A stretch of 64,000 nt of DNA, taken from the NCBI RefSeq assembly GCF_009914755.1, contig NC_060933.1. One strand, written 5' to 3'. The stretch is from the human T2T-CHM13v2.0 reference genome, Homo sapiens. Shown piece by piece: positions 60,431-64,000 of the stretch. The translations under genes and the position numbers were made by a program. Under the pieces are notes generated by a model. That model made no database searches. It worked only from the letters and a program-made list of their open reading frames with translations, and was not told the DNA's origin. Position 1 is the first letter of the stretch. The number at the start of each line of letters is the position of its first letter.

Positions 60431-63400
60431 TTTGATTTTAAAGAACGCTTGCAAAACCAGACACCATGACTTCAAGTTGCCCTTATTAGTTAGACCTGTC
60501 TTCTGAGGTCCAAAATTGACCTCCTTCTTCCTTTCTCTGAAATTCATATAATTATATGATTAAACAAATTTCTACTAAGACAAATTTGGTATAATCCTCT
60601 AGCTCTTCATTTGCTATTCATTGTTTTAAAAGTTTCTTATTTGAAATAAACAGTTAGATAATTATAATGGGAGATCATCTTTTTTGAGGGCTTTTCTGTA
60701 TGCTCTTTCTAGTATAAGTCACCTCTTTCTCTTTTACTGTTCCTTGGCAAGCAAAAACACAAGTTTAGGAACAAGCCAGAGTTATCAAAAGTTCTACAGG
60801 AGTGAGGAAAAAAAGAGCAAGAGGAACGCAGGAGAGGCAACTCCCTTGATGACATGGCAGAAGCATCCAAGCTGCTGAATTGTTTTCAAAAGATGGCAGG
60901 CAGGGCCCACAGTGAAAGCATCCCATCTGGTTGTCCAATCCACCATGAAAGGGGTCGAGAGTGGTAAGGATTAGAGTAGAGGAGATTCCCAGGAGCTATT
61001 GCTGGTGATGGAGGGATGTGGAGACTTTCCATTGTTTATGTACATTAGAGAAGATTGACTTGAAATTTCATAAATATATATCTTATCTTATATTCCTTAA
61101 TGTACATAATGGAGAAAAAAACCCAAGAGAGCACTCCAAGAGGAGTTGAGTTTGGATCAAATCCTATCCTAACCATTATCCTATTTTGGAGTTGAGATAC
61201 CTACATTTTAGAAATATTTTTAATCCAGAATAGGTCACATGCTAAATATTCTGGGTAAATGGTGTTTATTTGTTCATTGTTTTTTTTCTTGGCATGTGGA
61301 AGAGAAATCATCTTGAATCAATTGTGTTCATTGGCCAAACAGTATGATAATTTGTTAAATTTTACTGATTAATGATGCAGAGTCTTGACTTTCATTGTAA
61401 GTAAACTCAGGACACAAAAAGCACTAAGAGATGCCCAAAGTGGTTTTCTATAATTTAAATGGAAATAAATTTGTATCGAAAGTACACTAGATTTCACATT
61501 TCACATCCTTTTAGTTTTAGATTTAAAAAAAGAGCGATACTTTCTGACTTCTCAGCTAAGATTTTTATAGTGGTAGTGGTTGTTGATATTTGGTGTGTAA
61601 AACCTCTTTATGCTGCTTTAGCTATATATTTTTTAAGCTGACTTTACTATCAAAAGCACTTGAAATTTAAAAATTATGTCCATGATTAAAAACTTGCAGA
61701 AGTTGCCCAGCAACTATTTTCATTCCCCAGAGGCAGAGAGTATAATGGAAAGGAGGAATTTGGGGTGAGATGTCTTTCTTGTGTTTAAATTTTCTACTCT
61801 GAACTTGGACAAGTCACTTATCTTCCTAAATCCCAATTCCTCATGTATTTAAAAAAAAAAAAAGAGGATGTCACAATCATACTGCCTATTTTCCAGGATT
61901 ATTGTGAGTATCCAGTGAGGAAAATATATAAAAGACTCTTATAACCTTCAGATTTCTTACACATACATATAATTGTTTTTAACACATTTCTGATCTTTGT
62001 TCATATGTATATATGGTTTCAATCACAGGACCCTATACACATTTGTGTTCCACTTTTCATATCTAATGTTATAGTTGTGCCATAATTTACTAGCCCTTTC
62101 CCTATTGATGGACATTTAAATGGTTTACAGTTGTTCCCTATTATAATAGTGCAGTAATAAACATCTTTGTACATTCAGGCTTTTGTCTTTCTCTCTTTAT
62201 TATTTTTTTTTTTTTTTGGCCAATTTCTCTGGGACTAGTTCCAGAAGGGAGGTTGTGGAGTCAAAGTGAATGACCATTTTTTTAACTAACCTGTCTTTTG
62301 AGCTTTTCACTTCATCCAAATATCTTTCCCTTGGTAACTTTCCTAGAAAGTCACAGAGCACTCAAATGCCTTCTTGAAGTCAGCCAGAAAGATTCAGAAT
62401 CTACATTTGGTGGCCATATTTCCATTTTCAGGCTCTTTCAGAACCACTGGCCTGTGAGGCCTCCCCTAGACTGCAAGGCCCTTCAGGACAAGATTGTGCC
62501 TTAATCATGTTGGCATCCTAGCATGGCCTGGCTTGTCACAAGAACTCGGTGAGTGATTAATCAATGGAGCTAAACAGAGCAGATGCCTAATACATGATAG
62601 GCTCCTTATGGTCACCTGACTTGCCAAAGCATTCATTCATCAAAGAGTTTTTAACAATGTCAGGCACTGGTGCTAGAAACTGGAGACAGAGAGGCAAATG
62701 TGACACAGGTGGCCTCATCAGCCTAGCAAGCAGAGCCCCCCTGGCAGTGGAAGAGCTTAGTCTTGAATCTGAGAATTCCTTGAGAAGGGGTCCAAGAGTG
62801 GAGTTGACCTTGGCCCATGTAATGTGATTGCAGGGAAGGCCCTTGCTATGCCTAAATATTTTAATCATCTACCCCTTAATATCAGTCATTCTGTAACACA
62901 GATCTTGTTACAGAGATGGAGGTGACAGAAGGGGCCTCTGCAATGTTATTTGACAACCATATCCTGTGTCAAAGAACCTCAAGCTCTGTTGTCTGAGCCA
63001 GGATGTGAGAACAGAGTTCCTTGACCCAGCAGGGTTAGGGAGGGTTTCCAAATCCCCTCTGGAGCAGAAAATCCCTGTTTGATCCTATCCAGCATCATAA
63101 GGCCACCTGCTGTGGGCATGAATGCTGGGGAGGGTGGGGTCTCTGGCCAACTCAGGAAAGATCTGATTCTGGGCTTTTCACTTGTGTATAAATGAATGTG
63201 TCTAAACATTATATGCTTTCCATTTGCCTATTGCTGGAAAATTTGATAAAGGGTGCAGAAATTGAGCAAATAGTTCTGCAAGGGGATGTAGAAAGTTTTC
63301 CTTGGCCTCAGACTCTGGGCTGTCTTGCAACTAGTTCCTTGGAAGTCTGTGTAATTTACTTAAGGCTGGATGAAAACCAATCCTAGGTTTTCCATGATGC

Positions 63401-64000
63401 CTCTGGTAGTGCTGGCTTAGCTTGAACTCTGTGGGCAGAGATTGTCAAAGAGGCAGCTCTGCTCTAAATTTCTTGTTATTGTTCTCTGTGGAAACTCACA
63501 GAGAACACTGACAAGTTTCTGAGACCCTAGGTTGTTTTATGTTGAACACTGCACTGTTGAGTAAAGACTTGGAGTTCTCTTTATGAGTTAGAATGTTGTG
63601 GCTTTCCTTTTATAATGCTCTGTAAAGAGCTCTCCAAATTTGGCTAAAAATTTATACACTTTATGGCTATCCATTGTGGTACAACCATATGTTCAGTTTA
63701 GAACAAATAAACACACTTGAACTTATAAACAGATGAAACTCAGTTTGGTAATATTTATAATTTGTTTTAATTTGACCAGAAAAGTATTATGTGCCCAAGC
63801 CTGTCACTTAGTCAATGGTCATCGCTGGGACTGAGCACTGTTTCTGGGTGTCAGATAGAAACATTAATGATTTGTGAGTTTCAAATGTCCCCAGGGAGAC
63901 GGCTCTAGCACTGTTGTGTTGCATGGGATATTGGAGGCAATTTCATATGTGCACATATAGTTAGAGGTTTGCGAGGTGTTTATTTTTTGGCTACCTGTAG

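Noticed and set aside
63634-63643. Perfect CArG box CCAAATTTGG (SRF site, relevant to a muscle gene)
   Set aside because: Several are expected by chance in 64 kb of AT-rich DNA; isolated and without supporting evidence.

Overview
Human or close hominoid genomic DNA, judged from primate Alus, an L1PA2-type insertion and GT-AG introns. The window covers the interior of the phosphoglucomutase-like 5 (PGM5/aciculin) gene on the + strand, or one of its near-identical partial segmental-duplication copies. Five intact coding exons (2-6, 782 nt) splice in frame without stops: [10 protein letters not shown]...ASHCPGGP...FDADGDRY...SMALDR. Exon 1 lies upstream of the window and exon 7 is not seen, so the last ~36 kb is intronic. 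The rest is repeat-rich intron: Alus, L1s, L2/MIR, MaLR/ERVL LTRs, hAT MITEs and microsatellites. Apart from the PGM5 exons and L1 ORF2 remnants, the ORF track is essentially noise. I found no convincing novel protein-coding system. The most unusual structures are a locally templated two-part insertion whose skipped segment has GT...AG ends (10.2-11.3 kb), a twin-primed L1PA2 that creates a chimeric ORF, a tail-to-tail MLT1C fold-back with a perfect central hairpin, and a circRNA-prone layout of exons 2-6. Repeat subfamily names come from recalled consensus sequences, not a RepeatMasker run, and boundaries of old repeats are approximate.
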